NCBI GenBank assembly: GCA_964035545.1
Contig: OZ037765.1
Coordinates: 27,217,504 to 27,281,503, forward strand
DNA: 64,000 nucleotides
Reading direction: 5' to 3'
Origin: Bugula neritina
Lineage: Eukaryota > Animalia > Bryozoa
Shown: piece after piece, positions 53,339-63,800 of the stretch
How positions within the stretch are numbered: the first letter of the stretch is position 1
Layout: each line of letters begins with the position of its first letter
The notes under the pieces: generated by a model
Database searches by the model: none
Seen by the model: the letters and a program-made list of their open reading frames with translations, nothing else
What the model was told of the DNA's origin: nothing
Translations under genes and position numbers: made by a program

Positions 53339-55002
53339 TTTACATAGCATACTATAATACTATAGATAAAATGCAATTATTATCAATAAGTCTATACCCA
53401 GTTTTCTTCTTTAGCCGCTTTTCTTTTCAACATTTCTTGAAGTTTTCTCCCTTCACCATTCTCAGCTTGGAATTGTTTTACCAACTCTGCACTCCGTTCA
53501 TATTGCTCCTCATTGGCTATCGGTTTGAGAATATCCAAATACTTAGTCAACGTCTGCTCTAGACTTGGTACCGGGAGTCGAGGCAGAGACTTCTACATAA
53601 TCATATTATTATAGCAAATTATGCCGGTAGACACCCTGCTGACTGCTCTGACATCATAGCTGACTCATAACACCATGTTGGTGACTACTCTCACAACTAA
53701 TTTCTAAAAACTGATTCAAAAACCACTTTGTTTTTCTGTCTACCAGCATCAAAAGCATTTTCTCAATAATGATAATCCAATTGACATGTGCTGTTACAAT
53801 GAATATTTTAATCATAAAGTCTAATGTAATGTGAAATATTGCTTCTAGTAAACACTCTGAATATAAATAACTTTTTATTTTAATTGAAAATAAGGCCTAC
53901 ATAATGGTCAGGATAAAACAGTTTTACTTTTACTCTCATGCCAGTATAATGTAATTAAAAATATAAACAACATGATTATATAATATGAGCTCCATGTTAT
54001 TGTTAAATGAAGCAGTCTCTAGTGAAGTTTAAACCTTATCATAGCTTATTTTCTGAAACTTTAAAAAGGCTTACCTTAAAAAAAGCATTCAAATATTATG
54101 ATAAGGAAGTGTATTTTATTTAACATTTAACTAATCCATTTGCAGTGCTCATCATGCTCAAAAATCTCTTCCTTTCGCAAAACTAAACACATGAGGGGTA
54201 ACCTAACTCTCTAAACTATGCTTCTAAACTATTTTTATGTTCTCAATAGAGGTAGGTGCAGTAACAGAGAAATTGAGAAGAGCATGCGTTCTAGACTAGA
54301 AATGTTGCAAAAGAAGTTATATTTCAATAACCGAAATAATATATATCAATAACCGAAATCTAATAAAAAGTTTAAAAAATTTAGGCTCATTCAATTTTTC
54401 CACTCTTGCTCCTAGATGTTGAATTTTTGGCCATGGGTTAGAAAACTAATAGTTAAATGGCATTGTCTGTGTTGGGCTCAAGGCTCCAGGCTCTACTGAT
54501 CATGATGTGTGTCCAGCATAAGGGTTTAAACCCTGCTGATGGATCTGATTGTTTTTTCCAACATAAAAAACTTGCAGTTTTTCGTGAAGGAGTAATACAG
54601 CAGTAGATACATTGTTTATCTATTTAGTAAGATAACCATATTTCATACTTTATTTCCACATTTTAACCAATAATATAACATCAAAACCCAAGGATAGCAG
54701 ACAGGTTATAAATGCGGTTATGTAACTTAGTGAGACTTTACCTCTTCCAATGTTGACTCCAGCACGTTGTTGTTCGTCCACTTAGCACCATCATGCAGCA
54801 ACTTACTTTCTTTAGAAGAATTTGCAGCCTTTCTTACCAAGCCATCAATTCCATGTGCGCTGAGTCTTCTAGCAGCTTTGACTTTAGCTTCTTCTCCCCA
54901 CTCACTCCCCAGGACTTTGGTATACTTGAGCCGACATTCCTCAAACACCTTTTGGCGATGCAACTCCACATTCATAGCCTGACATTTCATTACTAAATGC
55001 AT
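47075..55002 (-). CDS. ChAT: Choline O-acetyltransferase, ~700 aa, 13 coding exons
   Basis: Exons 55002-54742, 53592-53398, 52994-52876, 52340-52287, 51962-51782, 50831-50654, 50491-50313, 49801-49698, 49316-49182, 48759-48637, 48323-48125, 47761-47624, 47311-47075 (2,103 nt, phases consistent). Motifs LPRLPVPSL, WWLNDMYL..PLPINSNP, GQPLCMEQYYRLFSSYREPG, NRWYDKTMQF, catalytic EHSPSEG, choline-type YESASTRRFLYGRVDNIRS, LSTSQ, YGPVVPNGYG. The first coding exon and start codon are less certain than the rest. Confidence 0.93.
53253..53335. repeat. (TA)n microsatellite, ~41 units
   Basis: Perfect TA run in the ChAT intron following exon 53592-53398. Confidence 0.95.
54249..54418. mobile_element. 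Short MITE, copy B (inverted relative to copy A at 37226-37359)
   Basis: GAGGTAGGTGCAGTAACAGAGAAATTGAGAAGAGCATGCGTTCTAGACTAGAAATGTTGCAAAAGAAG aligns with the reverse complement of ~37292-37359. The right end TTCAATTTTTCCACTCTTGCTCCTAGATG aligns with the other arm. Internal TCAATAACCGAAAT duplication; no clear TSD. Confidence 0.65.
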
Positions 55003-56908
55003 GATGACTGTTGACACTCGAAGTTCTGCTTGTTTTTCCACAGTTAATCACTCTCTTCGGTGATTTAATGAAAACTTAAAAACCATTTTGAGATGAAGCC
55101 CCAAGGCTGTATTAACTGATTTACAGCTATTGGTGTGAAGCAACTGCCGATGGGTATAATCTGTCCAATAAACTTGGCAACTTGGCAACTAAACTTACAG
55201 AAGCAAGCAAAATGCTCACATAAAGGTTTAAATAGTTTCTGTTTGCTGCAACCTTGCCAAGCATCATTAGACTTTGTGAAAACTTTAACCAATGGGGAGA
55301 GAGAAATGTATTTAATCAATTCTTCTGCATGAACTGCGATTAGCTAACTGAAAGACTACCCGTTTGTCTTTTACAATAAATTAGAACCATTATTGATTGC
55401 ACATGCAATGGATATTTGCTACATCAATAAATAATACTGGTGACAGTTTTCCAATTGTTAGCAATACCCTCAATACTTGGCGTTTTGTCCGAGATATTAA
55501 TTCTGCTTTTTAAAATATTTATGTCGCTGCTGTATACTCTACAGCAGTAATAAATATAATATAAATAATACATACACAAGAAAGAGGTATGAAATTAAAA
55601 GCTTTATGGTTTTTATGAGCAAATACACATTCATATACAGGTAATTTTAGACCCTCATACTTGATGCAATATATGTTACTGTTGTTGTGCAGACAGTGCC
55701 TGTTTCAAAGCTTAATTTTTAAGAGATCGTATTTATGTAGCAAAAGTTTGCATGTAGAGAAAGATGAATGTATTAAAAAGTTTTTTGCTTTGACGTATTA
55801 CTCAGTCCCATAGAAACAAGTCAAGTACTTAGTGGCTACCACATTGAATCTTGGTTAGTATTATAAAATTTTGTTAGTATTTGGTTTATTTATATATATA
55901 ACTAAAATTTTTGCTGTTTTCCACAATTTCTGTCTGGATGCAGTATATATGTTTGCATGTGCATCACAATGAATGATTAGACTACAATAACTTTTTAAAA
56001 GTCGAAACAAAGCAAGTAATTCTACCCAGTAACAAATGTGCAAGGCTCAAATTTATCTACATTTATTTTTTTTAATACAGAAATAATCATAAAATGGTTT
56101 TTAATATCAGCATAGTAGAACTTAAAATTTTTTTTTTTTGGAGTTGTCATTCACTTGATAGTGCTACACTCAGACTTTCTATGCTCATGGGAGTCCGGAA
56201 TAATCTAGATCTGCAGTACTTTCTAGTAGCCAGATTTATATTTTACAAGGTAGTCTATAATATGCTGGGAGCCAAACCCTGTTTTAAAAAGTGCATGATG
56301 GAAAAATATTTTGGAGCTTATGCAGTACTACATGTATGTGGATATTAGTTATAGCTGCACTTGTCTTCGGCATCTGCATGTAGGTCTTCGATCTATAAAG
56401 TATATGCATGAGCAATTCATTATCGAAAAGCTATTAAATGAAATTATCCGGAATGTACAATGAGTTAGCTTATTGACTTTTAATTTTCTGTGCTGCAGAT
56501 ATACTTTAATTTCTAATGGTTTTATTTGAAAGCACAAATTATAGATTTTTCTTGGTAACAGCACTAGCCAAAGACTTTGAACAACTATATTTAAAAACAA
56601 TACCATTATTATTAAACACGCAAGCTATTAATTCATTCCTTTTAGCTAAACTATCTCACTTTTACAAATTTTAAATTAAGTTAACGTAAAAGTAGTTGAA
56701 AATACTAAACAGAGTTTCTATTTACAACACGCAATGTTATGTCTATATAAAATTATTTCATATAATATGTGAACTATGTAAATGGACATAGCAAGCACTG
56801 ACTAAACTTATAAAAAAACCAACAGAACATAAATAATTAAAAACAAGCACATGAATACTATTAAAAAGTAATTGAATTTTTAAAACTACTTCTGTATAAC
56901 AATTAACT

Positions 56909-58888
56909 TCAATCTGATTCTGAGTCACTGCAAGTTTCATCATTTCCTGAAGACATTTCATCATCAGATTTCTCCATGTTTGGTATTTGACCATAACGCT
57001 GAGGTTTAGCTACTGGCATTGTATTTGTGCTGTCATTGTAGCCATAACCACCACCCTTTCTGATATCAGTACCATTGACCCTGGGACTAGGGTGAGAATT
57101 GAGTTGTAGGGTCGTCATCTCAGTGACATCTTCTTCGTCAGAATCATTGTGCAGACGTACAGTGTTACCATTTGGCAGAGAGTTGTCGTGAACTGCGTCT
57201 GTCACTTCATCCTCATAAGATGACGTGTATGTCTTGTACAGTTTACTGTCATGCTCTAGCCCATTGTATTGCACACCTTCTTCTTCTTCAGACGGAACAA
57301 ACTTTTGATAATCATAAGCTTTACGTAAAGCGATCAACACAGGAGCATAAATAACGTTGCTCACACATATACCAATATTCAATGCCCGAAAACCAATAGA
57401 GTTAACTATTTGGCCAGCAATTATTGGGCCAATAGCATATGCTGTAGAATAGGAAATGTCAGCTATAGCATAGACACTGCCATAGACAGAGACGTGTCTC
57501 ACATCCACCAGGTGCGCCATGAGAGGGAGAATTGCAGTGTCTACTAGAGCAATACCAAAGCACAGGATACATAAGGGTATTATAACTTGTGCGAATGATT
57601 TGCAAAATGGCAAAATCAAGCAACTTAAACCTTCCATGGCCAAGCCAATAGCCGCTAGGAGCCATTGTTTTTCAGGATATCGTGCAGCGACTTTCACAGT
57701 AAAAATAACCCCCAACAAGTGAGGTATGAAGGCTGGGAGCCAAATCAGTCCAATTTGCCATTCTGGAGAGTTCATTGTGTCATGCATCCATATAGCAATG
57801 GTCGGTTCAATAAAGGCTAGCGACACATTTGCCATTACTAGACACCCTGCACATACAGCTATATATGGATCAATTATAAGTTTATATATGGGTGTTGCAT
57901 TGGGTAACTTGTCCTTGTTTTTCAACTCCCTTCTCTGTTTTCTTACAGGTTTCATAACAAACATCATCAGGTTCCCATCAAACAATGCAATTAAAGCTAA
58001 AATAATGAAAGGTAAGGCTTTTCCAGCAAACTCATAAAGTGTACCCCCAAACGGTGGTGCTACAAGACTTCCAAATGATATAAATGCCAAAGCAATGCCA
58101 AGAGCAGCTGAACGCTCTTTGTCGTCAGGGTAACGATCAGCTATCATAGCTAAGCCAGAGGTGTCTGCAAAAGCAGATCCAATACCTTGCATGCTTCTGG
58201 CTATGAACAGTGCACCATAGCTTTTTCCAAATGCAAACATTGTGGTGCTTAAAAATATAATTATGAGTCCAATCAACATTGGAAAGTCATACCCAATTCT
58301 ATCCATCAATGTTCCTGTAAAAGGATTCACCAACAACTGAAAGATTGCTTTGCAAGCAAAAAGAACACCAATATTTACATCTTCATGTTTATTCCGGTAC
58401 GTTCTTGCCATAGTTTTAAAACTTCTAATGAAAGTGTTGTTTCCCTCAGGCATTGGCGTTGCTGGTGCCGCAATTGGTACTACATTGGGTGCAAGTGTTG
58501 GTGGCATATAAGTTGATACCGTAACATTCTCCCACACTGTCACATTGTCATATACGGTGGTAGATGGAAATGCGCCAATTGATCGAAGATATGTTGGAAT
58601 AATTGGTACAATAACCATATATAGCATATTATCCAGAAATAGAGCAATACATACTACGACAAGCACTATTTTACGTTGAGAACTGGGAATGTTGATCTTC
58701 TCATTAAACTTGTCCAGCCAATATCCAAACAGTCTGTTGCTGCATGGCATCTTCCAGTTTGCCATCCATTCTCTGATGGCAATAAGGAAAGCATAAAGTC
58801 TGCTGTCTCTTTCATTGCCGCTAGTTTTACCAAAACTTTCTTTATTGGCTGTATCGAAACTTCCTCCATTTTCCTGCTGATTATGCAT
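56909..58888 (-). CDS. VAChT: Vesicular acetylcholine transporter (SLC18A3/unc-17), 659 aa, intronless CDS
   Basis: Single ORF with a 12-TM MFS pattern and VAChT hallmarks: [112 protein letters not shown]. Located immediately 5' of ChAT on the same strand. Candidate acceptor gtgtttag at 58936-58937. Confidence 0.96.
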   Translation of the reverse strand: MHNQQENGGSFDTANKESFGKTSGNERDSRLYAFLIAIREWMANWKMPCSNRLFGYWLDKFNEKINIPSSQRKIVLVVVCIALFLDNMLYMVIVPIIPTYLRSIGAFPSTTVYDNVTVWENVTVSTYMPPTLAPNVVPIAAPATPMPEGNNTFIRSFKTMARTYRNKHEDVNIGVLFACKAIFQLLVNPFTGTLMDRIGYDFPMLIGLIIIFLSTTMFAFGKSYGALFIARSMQGIGSAFADTSGLAMIADRYPDDKERSAALGIALAFISFGSLVAPPFGGTLYEFAGKALPFIILALIALFDGNLMMFVMKPVRKQRRELKNKDKLPNATPIYKLIIDPYIAVCAGCLVMANVSLAFIEPTIAIWMHDTMNSPEWQIGLIWLPAFIPHLLGVIFTVKVAARYPEKQWLLAAIGLAMEGLSCLILPFCKSFAQVIIPLCILCFGIALVDTAILPLMAHLVDVRHVSVYGSVYAIADISYSTAYAIGPIIAGQIVNSIGFRALNIGICVSNVIYAPVLIALRKAYDYQKFVPSEEEEGVQYNGLEHDSKLYKTYTSSYEDEVTDAVHDNSLPNGNTVRLHNDSDEEDVTEMTTLQLNSHPSPRVNGTDIRKGGGYGYNDSTNTMPVAKPQRYGQIPNMEKSDDEMSSGNDETCSDSESD

Positions 58889-59335
58889 GACTGTTGTGTA
58901 ATGATATTTTGAAGATTGTCTTTGTGCTGGCAGGTCTAAACACCCAATGAATACGTTACAACTGGATCAATTCTTTTACATTCTGCAATTCAATATCAAA
59001 GCAGTTTAGGCTTTCTTAGGTAGTTAGCAAAAATCTATGAAGTTATGAATTATTGATGAAGTATAATTGTTCTATTCATCAATAACTCAGGCGCTGCCAA
59101 AATGCTAGTCAGCGAAAGTTAGATTTTATGACAGCAGATTATGCATGTATAAAGTAAAGTACAGTTTGGTTATTTTAAATGCTTACATATATAATACAAT
59201 GTATGTAAAAAACATAAAATTTGAGTATATGCGATTGTACTACTGTGTACAACTGCAAGTCCTCAAACTGAATAATAGGCTACAAGTAAAAAATTTAAAG
59301 CTAGAAAGCAGTTAAAAAAGCAAAATTCTACTCAC

Positions 59336-59440
59336 CAAATAATAGAGCAGTTACTTTCAGTAACTTTTAGAATATGCACTCCAAGAGATACTCTAAAATT
59401 GTTGCTTCTTTAACATTGTGACTGCGAAAGACCCTATTAC
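59336..59440 (-). other. Candidate non-coding 5' exon shared by VAChT and ChAT
   Basis: Consensus donor TTG|GTGAGT at 59335-59334, ~400 nt upstream of the VAChT acceptor. Its only ATG opens a 7-codon uORF. The 5' boundary is uncertain: TTTCAG at 59446-59441 could be an acceptor served by a further donor GAG|GTAAAA at 59502. Confidence 0.5.
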
Positions 59441-59735
59441 CTGAAATCAATAGATCTTAATAATATTAAGTCTCAGGATTCAAGAATAATGACACCTTTT
59501 ACCTCCAACGTGCTACAGATCTCTTACTATGGCTTTGATACATAAATAGGCTTTCACTAATTCTGTTATAGGCAATTAGCTAGCACACGCCATGTCTATA
59601 TGATTGCAGTGAGTCTTTTATTGGACTACTTGATGCTCTATGCATGATATCAGAGACCCACATCATGAAATTGGTAAGAGCCATGTAAAGGCATGAAGGA
59701 GGATTCGATAATTAATTGAATTTTACTTAGAAGTT

Positions 59736-59745
59736 ACCCCGGGGA
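59736..59745. promoter_or_regulatory. Candidate COE (Collier/Olf/EBF, UNC-3) binding site
   Basis: TCCCCGGGGT on the minus strand is one mismatch from TCCCNNGGGA, ~400 bp upstream of the candidate shared donor of the cholinergic locus. TAATTA homeodomain cores lie at 59709 and 59788. Confidence 0.35.
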
Positions 59746-60879
59746 GAGCAAATAACATTGGTGATTTCATTAGCTGCTACAAACTGCTAATTAGGATAGT
59801 GTAGGCCATTGCATTGTTAGTTATTAATGTGTAAGGAGCTTACAAACCAGTGAATATGACAAGCTCAAAGTTTGAAACTTGATCTATCAAAATCTGCTAT
59901 GATGGAAGCTATAAAAAGCAATTTTTCAAGTTTTTTGGTCATTTAATTCATAAAATCCATTATTTTTTTTCACTATCTCAAGAGAAGACAACTTTAACAA
60001 CCATGTCTTTTTTGGCATATAAACACAAAAATAATATGCTACCATATTTTACAAAACATTAAACCGGTCTTTTAAGCTATATTTTGGACGCCAAAATAGA
60101 AAAAAGCAATAATTTACTTGTATGGAGGTCTGTTAGGCTCTAATGTCTAGTGTTGAACAAAATAATGCTAGTATAATGTAGAAAGTTTTATAAAAAGAGC
60201 AGTATGATAAATCGACACTGCACCATGTTAAAATGATGATTTAGACACCGGTGAGCTTAAAGCAATGTTTTGTTGAGACATATTGGTCAAGTATGGCTTA
60301 ACTTTTCGAGCACACTTTTCCCATTATACAAGTGAATGAAACTATTTACTAGCCTATTATATATTTTAAACCAGAGAAGCATGTCAAAGAACAACTTCAA
60401 CATTCAATTTATATAAAGGCATCTTTCAGTTGCACCAGGCAACTGAATAAACATAAGTCACTATTAAACAACAAACAATTTTTTCATTGTTTTATATATT
60501 CAACTAAAACAACTTACAACATAAAAATATAGCAACTGATTTTTAGCTAATTCCGTACTTGTATTTACATCACATGTAAAGAATATTGTTTCTATAATAT
60601 ATATGTACATTTTTTTCTAAATTAAAGATAAAAATATGCAGCTGACAAATAAAAGTTGGAATTACTAATTTTTAATAAATATATATAATATAAAAAAGTT
60701 CATAGATCATCATAACATCTAAAAAATTAGAAGTAAAAACACTAAAATTGTTTAGTGCTTGAATGTTAAGCGCTATAAAAAAACCTAAAAATAAAATTTA
60801 ATTGCAATAACTCATAGTAATGGTAATAGCTGAATGCTTGTCCAAATAACTGCAAGTGACTTGAACATTGCAATTCTGA

Positions 60880-63800
60880 CTAGAGACAAGTGAAGACTGC
60901 TGAATCCTGGGTTGAACTGTCCACATAACGAGATACGAACTCATAGCAAAACTTGAACTGATCCTAAAATCAATAGAACTAAAATAGAACATAGCGTAAC
61001 CTGATTATACTTGACACAGCATTAATACGAATGAATAGGAAAACTGGAACACAAATTGACGTATGGTTGAGTACAAACATGTCTAACTTGTAAAATTTCA
61101 TCATAGATAAATTTCTAGAAAACTATTTGAGTAAAAAGTTCAAAATAATAGTATAAAAAATCACAAAAATTCAAATCTCGTTTTATTTATTCAGGAATTG
61201 ATAAAAATATATTGTATTACAACTTATTGCTTGTTTATTAGCGTTTATCAGCAATATGTTAATTAATTTATTAATATTCAATAAACAATAAAATTTCAAA
61301 TTTGTATATTTATTACAATTATTTGTATTAAGCAAGGGGTATCAAATACAAAATAAATACGTACCACGTGTGGTATGAACATTGGCTGGTCATTCCTGAT
61401 CAATTTAACAGTTTCAGGAATATCAACCTCACCATCTATAAGGATTTGTTGAAGTAATGCATGGCAAGTAATATACAAACCACTTTGCTTGGCACCATCA
61501 CTACAACAACACACAATGTATATATTTAATACACGAGGGACGCTATTGTGATAAGACAATTACCATCACCTGACTATATGCAGCACTTACTAGCAATTTA
61601 TAACAATCTGCCGGTCATCACTTTCTTGTTTACGGCGTTCTATCATGGCGACTAACTTCACAAAACTTTCTATGTCAGTGGGAAGAGTTTTCTGACTGGC
61701 CCAGAAGTTGCATATATAATGATCAACATCTGCAGGTTTTGATTGGTACATTGCCTACAACAACAAAACATATTAGTAGATTAAGTAAGTTAAAAGTAAT
61801 GAAAGTAAACAAAATATTTTTGCTAAAAATGAAACCAGTTTGGAGTTATTTTATCATGACACATCAATTTTTGTCTTAAAACCCAGTCATAAGAATGTAT
61901 TAAATTGTACAGAAGCATGTTTGTAAAGCTGAAACAAGAGATGAAAGTTGAAAAAAATGGAATACTGAATGGTTTACATTGAACAAGCCTACCTGCTGTA
62001 CACACTCTCAGACTACAAGAGTTTAACTCAGGACACACAGTGCATGCTGTGAGTAGAGAATGAAATACTTACTTGATTCTTGCAATGGACTGTCAACTTC
62101 TGCATCGCAACTGATGAAATCTTCTCCAGTTCAGCTTCTTCTAGCAACTCCACTGATACAGTTGTGAATTCTTTGGTTCTACACTCTGGCGTTGGCCAAA
62201 ACTTTGGTAAAGACTAGAATAAAAGAAAAGAAAATTAGTCTATTTCAAAAGTAAGAAGAAAAAAGCTTAGTTTTGTATCATTAGAATTAAAGAAAATTAA
62301 ATTTTTTATTCAATTAGTTCTAGTATTCAACTAACTAATCAAAGAAAATCAGAATGCTTAGCCTAAAGGATGGGAGCTAAAGGTATTCACCTTTTTATCA
62401 TTGCACTCGCCCACAGCAGATGCTCCGCACAGCGTGACAACTGCAAAAGGCTTTTGTGTCTGCACCATCTTCCAGAAATCCTCAACCGTGCTGTTTAGAG
62501 GATGTTGTGTGGCAATCAGGGCAGATCTCTTCCGATGATCCTACAAAATTATCTTAACGGTTAACGTCAGTATAATAAGTTTAATTAGATTGAAGGGGCT
62601 CAATTTTTGGCTTCATTAGATGAGGCTAACTCGGAGTTGTTTACCCTATATCAGTATGGCTGATTTTTAATAATATCACTCAAGACAGATATTATTGCAG
62701 TTTAAGGGAAATAACACTTTTTAACAGTATTGTTGAGTTTATATCTATGTCAAGTTGAATGCAAAAACCTTGAACTTTTGTTTATAACTGGAGACGTGCA
62801 TTCAACTACTTACGTCTACAAACGTGGCATTGAGTTACTTACATCTACATACGTGGCATTGAGTTACTTACATCTACATATGTGGCGTTAATATAGTCAC
62901 TGGGCATGTTGATGAGCATCACTCTTCTTTCATTGACTGAAATACAATACAACTATTAGTACTATCAACAAACTGTGTTCAAAACTTTGTTACAAGCATA
63001 AAGTGACTAAGTCAAACTACTTACAATAGAGATATTACTGACAAGTAAAGATAATTTAGATAAATAAACTTCTCCCTTTTGGTTTGCCGATGTTACAATT
63101 AATAGCAAATTTTAAAGTTTTTTAGCAGAACATTTCATTGAGTTGCTATTAGTGGACATAATTTTATTAAAATGTTTTGGGGTTTGACTATATTAGTTTA
63201 TTACACAATAAAAAGCTTGTAAATTCAAACCTCAAACTTAGGCTGAAAGTTGGGTAAATTTTTCTAAAACACCAGATAATGCCACCCATAAAATTATCTA
63301 TAAAAATTTAAATTCAAACAAATAGTTTCTGTAACAGTGCAAAAGGCAATAATTTATAAAATACAGCACAACAAATTGCTAACATTGTTTGAGTATTATG
63401 ATGGCATAAAGCTGTATACGCGGTATAAATATAATGCTTACATGGTATTACGTTGGCACATCTATTTTTAGCTAGATTATCTTTAGATGTGGCGTCTGTA
63501 TTTCTGTCTACATACAGCAGATCTTGTAGCTTCTATAAGAATATGGCACAGAGTCAATAACAGCCAATAAGAATGGATTACAAATTTCATAATCAATTAA
63601 TGAGAAGTTGTCCTACACTCTCCATGCAGACTTACCAAATAGAGAGCATCTAGTTGGCCCTTGCCTTTCAATTGGTCTTGCTTTATTATGTCATACTCTG
63701 ACTTAAACTCTGCTAAGCTGATGGTCGTGTCAAACCCCTCAGACGCCTCCAAAATGGCGTCATGTAAGAAGATATATTGATCCTGCAGAGGACAAATGTT

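Noticed and set aside
53227-53562. Plus-strand 111-aa ORF with a poly-(IY) tract
   Set aside because: Produced by the (TA)n repeat and the antisense strand of a ChAT exon.
54440-54545. tRNA/SINE-like A- and B-box look-alikes (GGGTTTAAACCC; also TAGCTCAGT...GGGTTAAACC at 36887-36945)
   Set aside because: No cloverleaf, degenerate boxes, and the two regions do not align with each other.
47075-55002. Carnitine acyltransferase instead of ChAT
   Set aside because: GRVDNIRS is the choline-type signature (carnitine enzymes have RT[ED]T), and the gene is linked to VAChT.
56909-58888. VMAT instead of VAChT, or a retrocopy because it lacks introns
   Set aside because: Core motifs ([29 protein letters not shown]) are VAChT-type, and an intronless CDS inside the ChAT locus is the normal vertebrate-like state.
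57172-58912. Several short plus-strand and alternate-frame ORFs overlapping VAChT (similar ones overlap LRP1 and Kelch exons)
   Set aside because: Shadow ORFs of genuine coding sequence, with no motifs or splice support.
55499-59327. Pairing of AATTTTGCTTTTTTAA next to the shared donor with 55499-55513
   Set aside because: Mostly A/U homopolymer, gapped, and not nested with the better helix; likely chance.
62806-62890. 29-bp repeats as a CRISPR array
   Set aside because: Head-to-tail units without spacers, in a eukaryotic intron-exon context, with no cas genes.
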